Positions 26,026 to 32,681 of a stretch of DNA of 64,000 nucleotides are shown here, piece by piece. The stretch covers positions 62,001-126,000 of the IMG/VR virus record IMGVR_UViG_3300028840_002431; one strand, 5' to 3'. Each line of letters begins with the position of its first letter. Position 1 is the stretch's first letter. A program made the translations under genes and the position numbers. Under the pieces are notes generated by a model, which saw nothing but the letters and a program-made list of their open reading frames with translations, was not told the origin of the DNA and ran no database searches.

Positions 26026-26405
26026 GGTGGAGTCGGCGGGAATCGAACCCGCGTCCGAAAGTGCTACTAATTACCACCTCTACGTGTGTAGCTCCATTTC
26101 GTGTCTTTGACAGGAACACCACCGGAGCGGGCAAAACCTGGGGGCGGCCTCACGGCTGCCACTTCCACCACTGGTCTAAACAACCTTGATTGAGGACGAC
26201 CAGAGACTGCGCCTCAACTGCACCGGCTAATCGTCGCCCCATCCAAAGACGCCGGATTCTCTGGCGGGACGCCCTAGGCCGCGATGGCCAGGGGTGCTGC
26301 GTTATCGTTCGCAGTTATGTTTGAGCGGCTTGATAACCCGGCCAGCCGATCAACCGGGACACGCAGTAGTAAATTCCACACCTCCGTCGAAACCTTTACG
26401 ACCCC
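26026..26405 (-). ncRNA. ssrA: tmRNA, one-piece, tag ANDNAAPLAIAA (26274..26312)
   Basis: 5' GGGGTCGTAAAGGTTTCGAC, 3' GGACGCGGGTTCGATTCCCGCCGACTCCACC, G3-U70, resume context ATAACT GCG. Confidence 0.96.
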
Positions 26406-26436
26406 ATATGGGACAACCTATATTACACCTCCCACA

Positions 26437-26557
26437 AGTTTTGTCATTTCGTCATTCCAACATTTCCACACTCAATGAAATAAGGCTCGAACCTTGGAAA
26501 CAATGGAATGACAAAACTCCGACCAATCTAATTTTCGCGTGACACAATGACAAAACT
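26437..26557 (-). ncRNA. AT-rich inverted-repeat RNA with T-loop hairpin
   Basis: AGTTTTGTCATT versus two AATGACAAAACT copies, GTCATTCCA/TGGAATGAC, AAGGTTCGAGCCTT. Confidence 0.5.
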
Positions 26558-26560
26558 CAG

Positions 26561-26632
26561 TGGAGAGGACGGGAATCGAACCCGCCAAAAGTTCCGTGCG
26601 AGGGAACCCCGACCCCATGTCTGTTCCTCCCC
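26561..26632 (-). tRNA. tRNA-Ala(CGC), atypical D arm
   Basis: G3-U70, loop CTCGCAC. Confidence 0.82.
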
Positions 26633-26639
26633 TAATTTG

Positions 26640-26710
26640 TGGAGAGTAGGGGAATCGAACCCCTCGCATCCGGCTTGCAAGGCCAGACCGACCCCTTGTC
26701 TGTACTCCCC
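26640..26710 (-). tRNA. tRNA-Ala(TGC), atypical D arm
   Basis: G3-U70, loop CTTGCAA. Confidence 0.82.
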
Positions 26711-27279
26711 TAAAACTCCTCTATCGGGGTTTCGTTGTAATGCTTCTTATTCTGAATCTGGATGGCCCCAGAAATTTTTTGCCCTGGCAGTTCAAGAGGC
26801 CCCGGCTTATACGTCAGGCCGATAGTAGGGAGCCAGAGCCTAAGAGCCTCCTCGCAAAGTCCTTCGTACGTTAGTATTTCCAAGTGCGCGTCCGTGGACC
26901 TGATGTCTTGTATGTTTCGAGCGATGGTCGCTGTCCTATGGAAAAGGAACTCTTGTTGGTTCCTCCTCATACTACGAAGATTGGCAACGGGTTCTCTTAC
27001 CATGACGATACACACGACTTGTCCGTACCCTTTGCCTTTCAAGGCGGCCACCCAAGAGTCCAAGTCTTGGTGGAAGATGCATACGTAAGGCCCCTTTGCG
27101 TCAGGGATGTCTTCTACAGTTCCCGGTTGATTGGCACTGCCTTCTCCAGCACAACCGCAACGCACCAAGATGGAAGCGAGGAGGCGGTTCCCACTACATA
27201 TAGGCCCGCATACCACGTAAGCTGTGTTGTTCTCCAAAAGCTCTCTCCTAACCAACCGCTTCCGCGATCCACTCGCCAA
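26710..27279 (-). CDS. sulfotransferase-like protein
   Basis: VCGPICSGNRLLASIL and VMVREP..S motifs, LTYEGL. Confidence 0.55.
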   Translation of the reverse strand: MASGSRKRLVRRELLENNTAYVVCGPICSGNRLLASILVRCGCAGEGSANQPGTVEDIPDAKGPYVCIFHQDLDSWVAALKGKGYGQVVCIVMVREPVANLRSMRRNQQEFLFHRTATIARNIQDIRSTDAHLEILTYEGLCEEALRLWLPTIGLTYKPGPLELPGQKISGAIQIQNKKHYNETPIEEF

Positions 27280-27514
27280 GCTGTGCCCGGCGTTCTAACT
27301 CTCTGGTTGTCTTGCTCAGAATCACACGAGCCGTTCTACGCTGTTTCCAGGTTAGGCCACCGGCCCGTGCCCACCACTCGGGAGTCTCTTTCGTAAAGCC
27401 TCGCTCCCAAGGTGTTAGAGTTAACTCTTCGAACAGACGGTGCCTGGAGATCAGGATCATGGCCCGACACAGGCCGCCGTCATCTAACTTCAATATCTCA
27501 GGGTGGTGCGCCAT
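27248..27514 (-). CDS. hypothetical protein
   Basis: GGTGTA-N11-ATG. Confidence 0.6.
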   Translation of the reverse strand: MAHHPEILKLDDGGLCRAMILISRHRLFEELTLTPWERGFTKETPEWWARAGGLTWKQRRTARVILSKTTRELERRAQLGEWIAEAVG

Positions 27515-27639
27515 CCCCTCAATATTACACCGGAAATCGTCAAAACGCTAGTGCGAAAATTCGCCGTTTTGACACTCAAAACCGGCGCTATTGCGCCACC
27601 CATGTGTAATGAATTCAAGCCGATAGGGCTTGTAAATGG

Positions 27640-27885
27640 TCAACGCATGAACAACCCACTGCGACTGTCCCGAAACTGGTTGACTCTTTTAACCGCCTTT
27701 AGAAGGTTCTTGGCGTCGTGGAGAACATCCTCCGAGAGACCCTGTACCGGGTCCCACTTCCCGTCCGAATCGCCCATCAAAGTCTCGTCCAGTTCCGCCA
27801 AGTTGCTCTTGAGGGACCGCATGGCCTTGAGAATAGCACCCTGTAGGCGTGGGATGGACGCCGTCCGACGGTCGTAGGAGTACAT
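27640..27885 (-). CDS. hypothetical protein (MYSYDRR tag)
   Basis: MYSYDRRTA. Confidence 0.72.
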   Translation of the reverse strand: MYSYDRRTASIPRLQGAILKAMRSLKSNLAELDETLMGDSDGKWDPVQGLSEDVLHDAKNLLKAVKRVNQFRDSRSGLFMR

Positions 27886-27910
27886 GCTTTAGTGTCAACA
27901 TAAGAAGATT

Positions 27911-27985
27911 TGGCGGGGATGACGAGGATCGAACTCGCCTCACCGGATCGACAATCCGGCCGCTTCACCAGATGCGTACATCCCC
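27911..27985 (-). tRNA. tRNA-Asp(GTC)
   Basis: Cloverleaf, G73, CCA. Confidence 0.92.
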
Positions 27986-27990
27986 TTGGT

Positions 27991-28563
27991 TTACTTTCGG
28001 TTCGGCCGCCCACGACCTTTATTCAGAGCCTTATAAGTGGGCGTCAAAGCATGGCAGTTAGGGCATATCAATCTAAGATTCTCTTCAGTGTTGTTTTTAT
28101 GGTCTCCGTCCACATGATCGACCTCAAGAGGTATCTTCTGACCCATCCACGTCTTTCGGCCACAACTCGCACATCTGTACTCTCTAGTCCGTAACAGATA
28201 CCGGCGAATATTGGCTGAATTTTTGATATCTTCTAGTTTCTTCCGCCGACTGGAAAGATGTACCCCCTCGTCGATACAGTCTCTACAATACTTGTTCTTA
28301 CCCGACGGCTTGCCGCACGCAGCGCAATATCTCGGGTCCTTAATTACCCGGTGCCTCGTGAAGTTGACGTATTTACCCGCGCAGGAATGGTTACAAAATT
28401 TGCCATAGCGTTTCTCGTAAGGCAGAGGCTCCCCGCACAATTTACATTTAGGGGCAGCTTGTTCGTGTTTGCGTACGGCTTCGTCGTGCCTTTTTTGACG
28501 GCACTTGTCTAAGACTTTGCTAACCTTCGCGTAACCTTTCTTTCCCGCCGCGCTATGATCCAT
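27991..28563 (-). CDS. HNH endonuclease
   Basis: LEVDHVDGDHKNNTEENLRLICPNCH, several Zn motifs. Confidence 0.9.
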   Translation of the reverse strand: MDHSAAGKKGYAKVSKVLDKCRQKRHDEAVRKHEQAAPKCKLCGEPLPYEKRYGKFCNHSCAGKYVNFTRHRVIKDPRYCAACGKPSGKNKYCRDCIDEGVHLSSRRKKLEDIKNSANIRRYLLRTREYRCASCGRKTWMGQKIPLEVDHVDGDHKNNTEENLRLICPNCHALTPTYKALNKGRGRPNRK

Positions 28564-28636
28564 GGAGCCGGTAGAGGGAATCGAACCCTCGTATCCTGTT
28601 TACAAGACAAGTGTTCTGCCATTGAACTATACCGGC
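28563..28636 (-). tRNA. tRNA-Thr(TGT)
   Basis: Cloverleaf, CCA. Confidence 0.93.
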
Positions 28637-28655
28637 ATTCTCGTCACAATGTTAG

Positions 28656-28739
28656 TACCGGGAACAGGAATCGAACCTGCACGCCCTTTCGAGCACCAGA
28701 TCCTAAATCTGGCGTGTCTACCAGTTCCACCACCCCGGC
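28656..28739 (-). tRNA. tRNA-Leu(TAG)
   Basis: Type II cloverleaf, loop TTTAGGA. Confidence 0.93.
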
Positions 28740-28745
28740 ATAAAT

Positions 28746-29135
28746 TTATCGAGTTCTACGTTCGCGCTCTCGTTCCCACTGCTTGAACAGGCGCTCCCCC
28801 TGTTTGAGACCGTTCTTCAAATCCCGCTCACCGCTTCGAATTCGAATCTCTTTCTCACGCCGTCCGAACGACCCCTCGTAGTCGGCACCCTCGCTATAGT
28901 TGAGAGTAAGCTTTGCCGTCCCGTCTTCTAACAAGGAGTCCACGTTATCCAATGTAGCCGTTATATGGGACTCGTCTCCGTGCGACCCTTGCTTGGAATA
29001 ATACATGATCCAGTAGCCGTCGTAGCTGGCTTCCCAAAACGAGCCACCAATTTTCATCAGTTCTTCGACCTTGTTCAGACGCTCTCGCGTATCTCCGGTC
29101 GCGAACCGTGCGGCTATCCGTGTTGCCTTGGTCAT
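28746..29135 (-). CDS. hypothetical protein (RIAARFA tag)
   Basis: MTKATRIAARFA. Confidence 0.7.
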   Translation of the reverse strand: MTKATRIAARFATGDTRERLNKVEELMKIGGSFWEASYDGYWIMYYSKQGSHGDESHITATLDNVDSLLEDGTAKLTLNYSEGADYEGSFGRREKEIRIRSGERDLKNGLKQGERLFKQWERERERRTR

Positions 29136-29166
29136 ACCAACCTAGGCTAACAAGAGATTCTCTACT

Positions 29167-29241
29167 TGGGTTGACCGACGGGACTCGAACCCGCTCCTCC
29201 TGACCCACAATCAGGTGCTCTGCCAGTTGAGCTTCGGCCAA
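29167..29241 (-). tRNA. tRNA-His(GTG), no encoded G-1
   Basis: Loop TTGTGGG, C73, CCA. Confidence 0.88.
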
Positions 29242-29259
29242 AGGCTTGGTCTTACGACC

Positions 29260-29334
29260 GGGCCTCCTGACGGGAATCGAACCCGCTAATACCTGACCCA
29301 CAATCAGGCCGCTATCCATTTGCGTTCAGAAGGC
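29260..29334 (-). tRNA. tRNA-His(GTG) with G-1
   Basis: G-1:C73, loop TTGTGGG. Confidence 0.88.
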
Positions 29335-29338
29335 ATAG

Positions 29339-29482
29339 CCCCCGCTCCCGGAGTTGAACCGGATTTGCATGTAAGAACCGCTGGATGCCTCCCGTGAAGG
29401 AGGCGAGTGAACAATCCTGAAGAGCATTTTTGCTCCAGCTTTAGCAGTGCTGGCGGGGGAACCACACCCCCAGTAAGCGGGG
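29339..29482 (-). ncRNA. tRNA-chimeric RNA copy 6: Ser(GCT)-like body with conserved domain in the variable region
   Basis: CCCCGCTT/GAGCGGGG, CAGGATTG..ACTCG CCTCC TTCACG GGAGG CATCC..CGGTTCT TACATGC. Confidence 0.82.
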
Positions 29483-29489
29483 AAAGAGA

Positions 29490-29685
29490 AGGCAGACGAC
29501 GAGTCAATGAACCCGTAGGCGGGCATCTTCATCGGGACCCCAGGAACCACACTCCGGTCTAAGACCGGCACAGGCACTCTGTGTTTCCTCTCGGGAACTC
29601 GCCCCGCACAGTGCCGTACGAGGCACGCATCCTGAGGGGATGAGATGAAACAGGACCCGAAAACGGGCATCTTCGTCGTTTGCCC
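29490..29685 (-). ncRNA. multi-branched structured RNA of unknown family
   Basis: Terminal stem GGGCAAACGACGA/TCGTCGTCTGCCT, two GAAGATGCCCG-N4-CGGGT modules, nested stems. Confidence 0.65.
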
Positions 29686-29689
29686 TCTC

Positions 29690-29824
29690 TGGCGGGGCTT
29701 TGGGGAGTCGAACCCCAAAGAACGTGTAGACGTAACAAGGTTGCGTCCCTTTGTGTCAGATGCCTCTGACAGAGATGCGAGTATCGTGCGTCGAACAGTT
29801 TGGCGGCCTCCCGCCAAAAGCCCC
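29690..29824 (-). ncRNA. tRNA-chimeric RNA copy 7: conserved domain replaces the anticodon arm
   Basis: GGGGCTT/AAGCCCC-GCCA, GACG..ACTCG..CAACC..CGTC TACACG, T arm TGGGG TTCGACT CCCCA. Confidence 0.75.
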
Positions 29825-29831
29825 TAAGTCA

Positions 29832-29980
29832 GTCCGCGTTCGAGTCGATCGACCTGTTTAGCGTTTGCTTGTTCCGTAGACAAGTGCCTGTACCAATTCG
29901 GCTATATTCCCGATGTGGAAATAGTGGGACTCGAACCCACATAACGTATGCATGTAAGATCGTTCTGGATGAACGCGGAT
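29832..29980 (-). ncRNA. tRNA-chimeric RNA copy 8: circularly permuted tRNA (T, acceptor, D, anticodon ACG)
   Basis: TCCGCGTT CATCC..GATCT TACATGC, T arm, TATTTCC-ACATC-GGGAATA, D arm, CTTGT CTACGGA ACAAG, CAGGTCG..ACTCG AACGCGGA. Confidence 0.87.
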
Positions 29981-30136
29981 TGGTCGGGACCCTAGGATTC
30001 GAACCTAGATTGCTTGTAAGCGCCGTGGAGGTGTTTCCTACTTTTAGGGAGCTATCCCATATAAGAAACGAGTTACAGTGCTGGTCAGTATTGCTTCTGA
30101 TTTACGTTCAGAATGGATGCCATCTCCATGGTCCCG
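29981..30136 (-). ncRNA. tRNA-chimeric RNA copy 9: tRNA body (loop ACGTAAA) with conserved domain in the variable region, CCA
   Basis: CGGGACC/GGTCCCG-ACCA, CAGCAC..ACTCG TTTC..GAAA CACC..GCGCT TACAAGC. Confidence 0.82.
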
Positions 30137-30232
30137 ATATGCCGATCCTGTTAGGTGCCCGAAGACCCCGACCGTTTCAACGGTATGCACCGTCGAACGT
30201 TGTTGTCCGGGACCGGCGTCGGACGACAACGT

Positions 30233-30306
30233 TGGTGCGGGTAGGGAGAATCGAACTCCCGTATCGTGCTTGGCAAGCACGCATTCTACCTCTGAATTAT
30301 ACCCGC
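30233..30306 (-). tRNA. tRNA-Gly(GCC), A73
   Basis: Cloverleaf, loop TTGCCAA, CCA. Confidence 0.9.
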
Positions 30307-30379
30307 ATGGCCTCGTTTTTCACCCCAGCGGCGAGGCCCCCGCTGAACCAAACCCCGCCTTAAGAAGACGGACATAAGG

Positions 30380-30457
30380 TGGTCGGGATGGCCGGATTTG
30401 AACCGGCGACCCCCTGTCCCCCAGACAGGTGCCCTTGCCAGACTGGGCCACATCCCG
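30380..30457 (-). tRNA. tRNA-Pro(GGG)
   Basis: Cloverleaf, CCA. Confidence 0.94.
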
Positions 30458-30458
30458 A

Positions 30459-30534
30459 TGGTGGCTGGGGTGGGAATCGAACCCACTACGCCCTGATTTT
30501 CAGTCAGGCGCTCTACCTTTTGAGCTACCCAGCC
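30459..30534 (-). tRNA. tRNA-Phe(GAA)
   Basis: Cloverleaf, CCA. Confidence 0.94.
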
Positions 30535-30538
30535 GTAG

Positions 30539-30609
30539 TGACCCTACGGAGAATCGAACTCCGATCTGTGGAATGAAAGCCCACGGTTCTGCCATTAAAC
30601 TATAGGGCC
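30539..30609 (-). tRNA. tRNA-Glu(TTC)
   Basis: Loop CTTTCAT. Confidence 0.88.
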
Positions 30610-30612
30610 GAT

Positions 30613-30688
30613 TGGTACCCCTGACCGGACTTGAACCGGTGTTTGCGGCGTGAGAGGCCGCTGTCCTGGCCAACTAGACGACAGGGGC
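30613..30688 (-). tRNA. tRNA-Glu(CTC)
   Basis: Loop CTCTCAC, CCA. Confidence 0.93.
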
Positions 30689-30693
30689 AAACA

Positions 30694-30768
30694 GGAGCCT
30701 ACGACCGGGATCGAACCGGCCATTTCCTCATTACGAAAGAGGCGTCCCACCATTGAGACTTCGTAGGC
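30694..30768 (-). tRNA. tRNA-Thr(CGT)
   Basis: Loop TTCGTAA. Confidence 0.88.
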
Positions 30769-30770
30769 GC

Positions 30771-30841
30771 GGCGGGCCAGTAGGGAATCGAACCCCATCC
30801 TCCGGATTTGGAATCCGGTTGGCTTCCATAGCCCCTGACCC
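30771..30841 (-). tRNA. tRNA-Trp(CCA)
   Basis: Loop TTCCAAA, G73. Confidence 0.86.
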
Positions 30842-30845
30842 GTAA

Positions 30846-30970
30846 GAACGTTCGAGTTGCTTGAGCAGATTGGTTAGCAAAATGGGATTCGAACCCATGC
30901 CTTTCCGGTTGATAGCCAGATGTCCTTCCACTGGACGATTCGCTTGTATGCTCTGACAGATTGAACGCCC
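30846..30970 (-). ncRNA. tRNA-chimeric RNA copy 10: D, anticodon (ATC) and T arms, conserved domain replaces the acceptor stem
   Basis: GGGCGTT CAATC..GAGCA TACAAGC, tRNA arms, CTGCTC..ACTCG AACGTTC. Confidence 0.87.
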
Positions 30971-30971
30971 T

Positions 30972-31015
30972 TGGCGGTAAGCGAAGGAATCGAACCTTCA
31001 TTGACCATCCTTACC
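30972..31015 (-). ncRNA. tRNA minihelix-like element (acceptor and T arm only)
   Basis: GGTAAG..GAAGG TTCGATT CCTTC G CTTACC G CCA. Confidence 0.55.
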
Positions 31016-31357
31016 TTCGTCGTCTCTCAAGTGGTCCCACAGCGTCGGCCTTTCTCCGACCTCCACAGGCGTCGGCTCTGGGTCTGGCAGTGGCTTCGGG
31101 GTTTGAGCCTCCCACGCTAAATAAGGAGGGGGTATGATCGGCGCTGACGTGTCCGGAGGCACCGTCGAGAGAACCACATAACAAATGGTCCCGTCCGGCC
31201 CCTTCACACAAAGGTGGTGTTGCTCGTCCACGAAGATCTGCAACCCATTGCCCTGGAAGTTGTCTATATCAAACCTACCCACGGCGGTGATCGCAGCCGG
31301 TTGTTCGTCGGGAGGAATGTTACGATCAACCACACGATCGCGATCGTCATTAGGCAT
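30998..31357 (-). CDS. hypothetical protein
   Basis: GGTGTA-N10-ATG, Pro-rich tail, LWDHL end similar to LWDYL in 43775..44359. Confidence 0.7.
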   Translation of the reverse strand: MPNDDRDRVVDRNIPPDEQPAAITAVGRFDIDNFQGNGLQIFVDEQHHLCVKGPDGTICYVVLSTVPPDTSAPIIPPPYLAWEAQTPKPLPDPEPTPVEVGERPTLWDHLRDDEGKDGQ

Positions 31358-31375
31358 GGCCCGATCCTACACCGA

Positions 31376-31450
31376 TGGCTCCAGGGGAGGGAGTCGAACC
31401 CACGATGTACCGGTTAACAGCCGGTTGCCTTACCACTTGGCTACCCTGGA
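31376..31450 (-). tRNA. tRNA-Asn(GTT)
   Basis: Cloverleaf, CCA. Confidence 0.93.
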
Positions 31451-31495
31451 AAAAGAAGGGTGAGGAACCTTTTTGGGCCAAAAGGCCCTCACCCC
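31451..31495 (-). terminator. intrinsic terminator-like hairpin inside the tRNA array
   Basis: GGGGTGAGG..CCTCACCCT followed by TCTTTT. Confidence 0.5.
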
Positions 31496-31562
31496 GTGAA
31501 TCCGATTACTGCCGCTCGACCCGAAGATCGCACGACCGCAACCGTCTCACCGAAATCATCAA

Positions 31563-31575
31563 TTTTCAAAGAACA
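31563..31575 (-). promoter_or_regulatory. boxA-like antitermination site
   Basis: TGTTCTTTGAAAA matches rrn boxA form. Confidence 0.7.
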
Positions 31576-31591
31576 ACGTCAACGCTTCTAC

Positions 31592-31666
31592 GGTGGGTGC
31601 AAAAGGACTCGAACCTTTTCAGACCAGCTTAAGAGGCTGGTGCCCGTCCAGTCGGGCGCTGCACCC
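31592..31666 (-). tRNA. tRNA-Lys(CTT)
   Basis: Loop CTCTTAA. Confidence 0.88.
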
Positions 31667-31673
31667 TATCTAT

Positions 31674-31748
31674 TGGTAGGGTCGGTGGGAATCGAACCCA
31701 CAACCGTCGGGTTAAAAGCCCGCTGCTCTACCGTTGAGCCACGACCCC
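31674..31748 (-). tRNA. tRNA-Lys(TTT)
   Basis: Loop CTTTTAA, CCA. Confidence 0.93.
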
Positions 31749-31807
31749 ATAGTCGGGTTGCGGACTTTCGTTTTATTCGGCTCTTCATCGTTCTATCCTC
31801 TCTTTCT

Positions 31808-31896
31808 TGGTGGAGCGTGGTTGGAGTCGAACCACACACCCCGAAGGGAACGGGTTTACAGCCCGTCAGCTTCTACCGGAAGCCTAATCACGCTCC
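31808..31896 (-). tRNA. tRNA-Tyr(GTA), 8-bp acceptor
   Basis: GGAGCGTG/CACGCTCC-ACCA, loop CTGTAAA, variable arm. Confidence 0.85.
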
Positions 31897-31967
31897 ATGA
31901 GTTCGTGCGCGTGGAGCGTAAATAAGATTCGTGTAATGGTTTTCGTAACATTGTGAAAATTCTCCTT

Positions 31968-32041
31968 AAACGCCAAAGGCCACCTGGGTTTCCCTAGGCG
32001 GCCTTAGATCTCTCTCACGAGTAATAACTAATGGCCGCCTA
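31968..32041 (-). promoter_or_regulatory. attenuator: antiterminator strand (32033-32041) competing with terminator hairpin (31976-32005)
   Basis: TAGGCGGCC is complementary to GGCCGCCTA, the left arm of AAGGCCGCCTAGGGAAACCCAGGTGGCCTTTGGCGTTT. Confidence 0.7.
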
Positions 32042-32191
32042 TGTATCCACCTCCAAATTCTGGCGACTAATAAATTCGGAGGCGGGCATATGGGTCGTGA
32101 CGCAACCGAGATATGCGGCTCCCAGGACGCACCACGACGCCGCAAGTTTCGCTTGCTTGGCGCGTATTGATAATGTGGTCCGGGAAGTCAT
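32039..32191 (-). CDS. leader peptide (50 aa, all 20 amino acids)
   Basis: MTSRTTLSIRAKQAKLAASWCVLGAAYLGCVTTHMPASEFISRQNLEVDT*, stop codon overlaps the antiterminator strand. Confidence 0.6.
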   Translation of the reverse strand: MTSRTTLSIRAKQAKLAASWCVLGAAYLGCVTTHMPASEFISRQNLEVDT

Positions 32192-32366
32192 TGTCTTAAC
32201 TCACTGGTTACTCGTACAAGATATAAGTACACCTTGATGGGGTGTCTGGCAAGAGAAATCGACGGCCTTATGTTCTTTTTTATTCAGACCCGCGAAATAC
32301 CCAATGGTTATCGCTAGATGGCGTCAAGGACGCCTTGAGGCCGGTACATCCTTATATAGTAGGCCG

Positions 32367-32672
32367 TTACCTCGATAGCCGTTTGATGCTTTCCCGAACA
32401 GCTTCTCTAACTGCCTGGAGCAAGTAGATAGGCTTGGGGGTGGGCCGTAGTGGATCGCCGTTCGCATCGACATAGATGTCCAGACTCTCGCCAGTGTTGG
32501 ACTTGATCATCACCAAGTATTGATCCACCTCAAGCGGGCCGTTCCGTCTGTACGCGCCGAAGGAGTAGTCAGGGATGACCGTGACATCCAACTTGACGGA
32601 GAACTTATCTCGCTTGACGGGGGCGGCCTCTTTGGACAACGCCTCTTCAAAAGCCTTACGTGGTTTACCCAT
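32367..32672 (-). CDS. hypothetical protein (PRKAFE tag)
   Basis: GGAGG RBS, MGKPRKAFEEAL. Confidence 0.7.
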   Translation of the reverse strand: MGKPRKAFEEALSKEAAPVKRDKFSVKLDVTVIPDYSFGAYRRNGPLEVDQYLVMIKSNTGESLDIYVDANGDPLRPTPKPIYLLQAVREAVRESIKRLSR

Positions 32673-32681
32673 CTACGCCTC

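Noticed and set aside
29490-29685. Hammerhead ribozyme, SRP RNA or RNase P RNA
   Set aside because: No CUGAUGA core, no SRP helix-8 motif and no RNase P P4 signature recognised.
14918-30538. Eight tRNA or tRNA-like genes ending CTA instead of CCA as a special signal
   Set aside because: CCG and CCT ends are about as common, consistent with relaxed selection and host CCA repair.
28945-31925. ORF-track calls overlapping the tRNA/ncRNA cluster (for example 29326..29817, 29800..30363, 31460..31900)
   Set aside because: They are chance frames through structured RNA genes.
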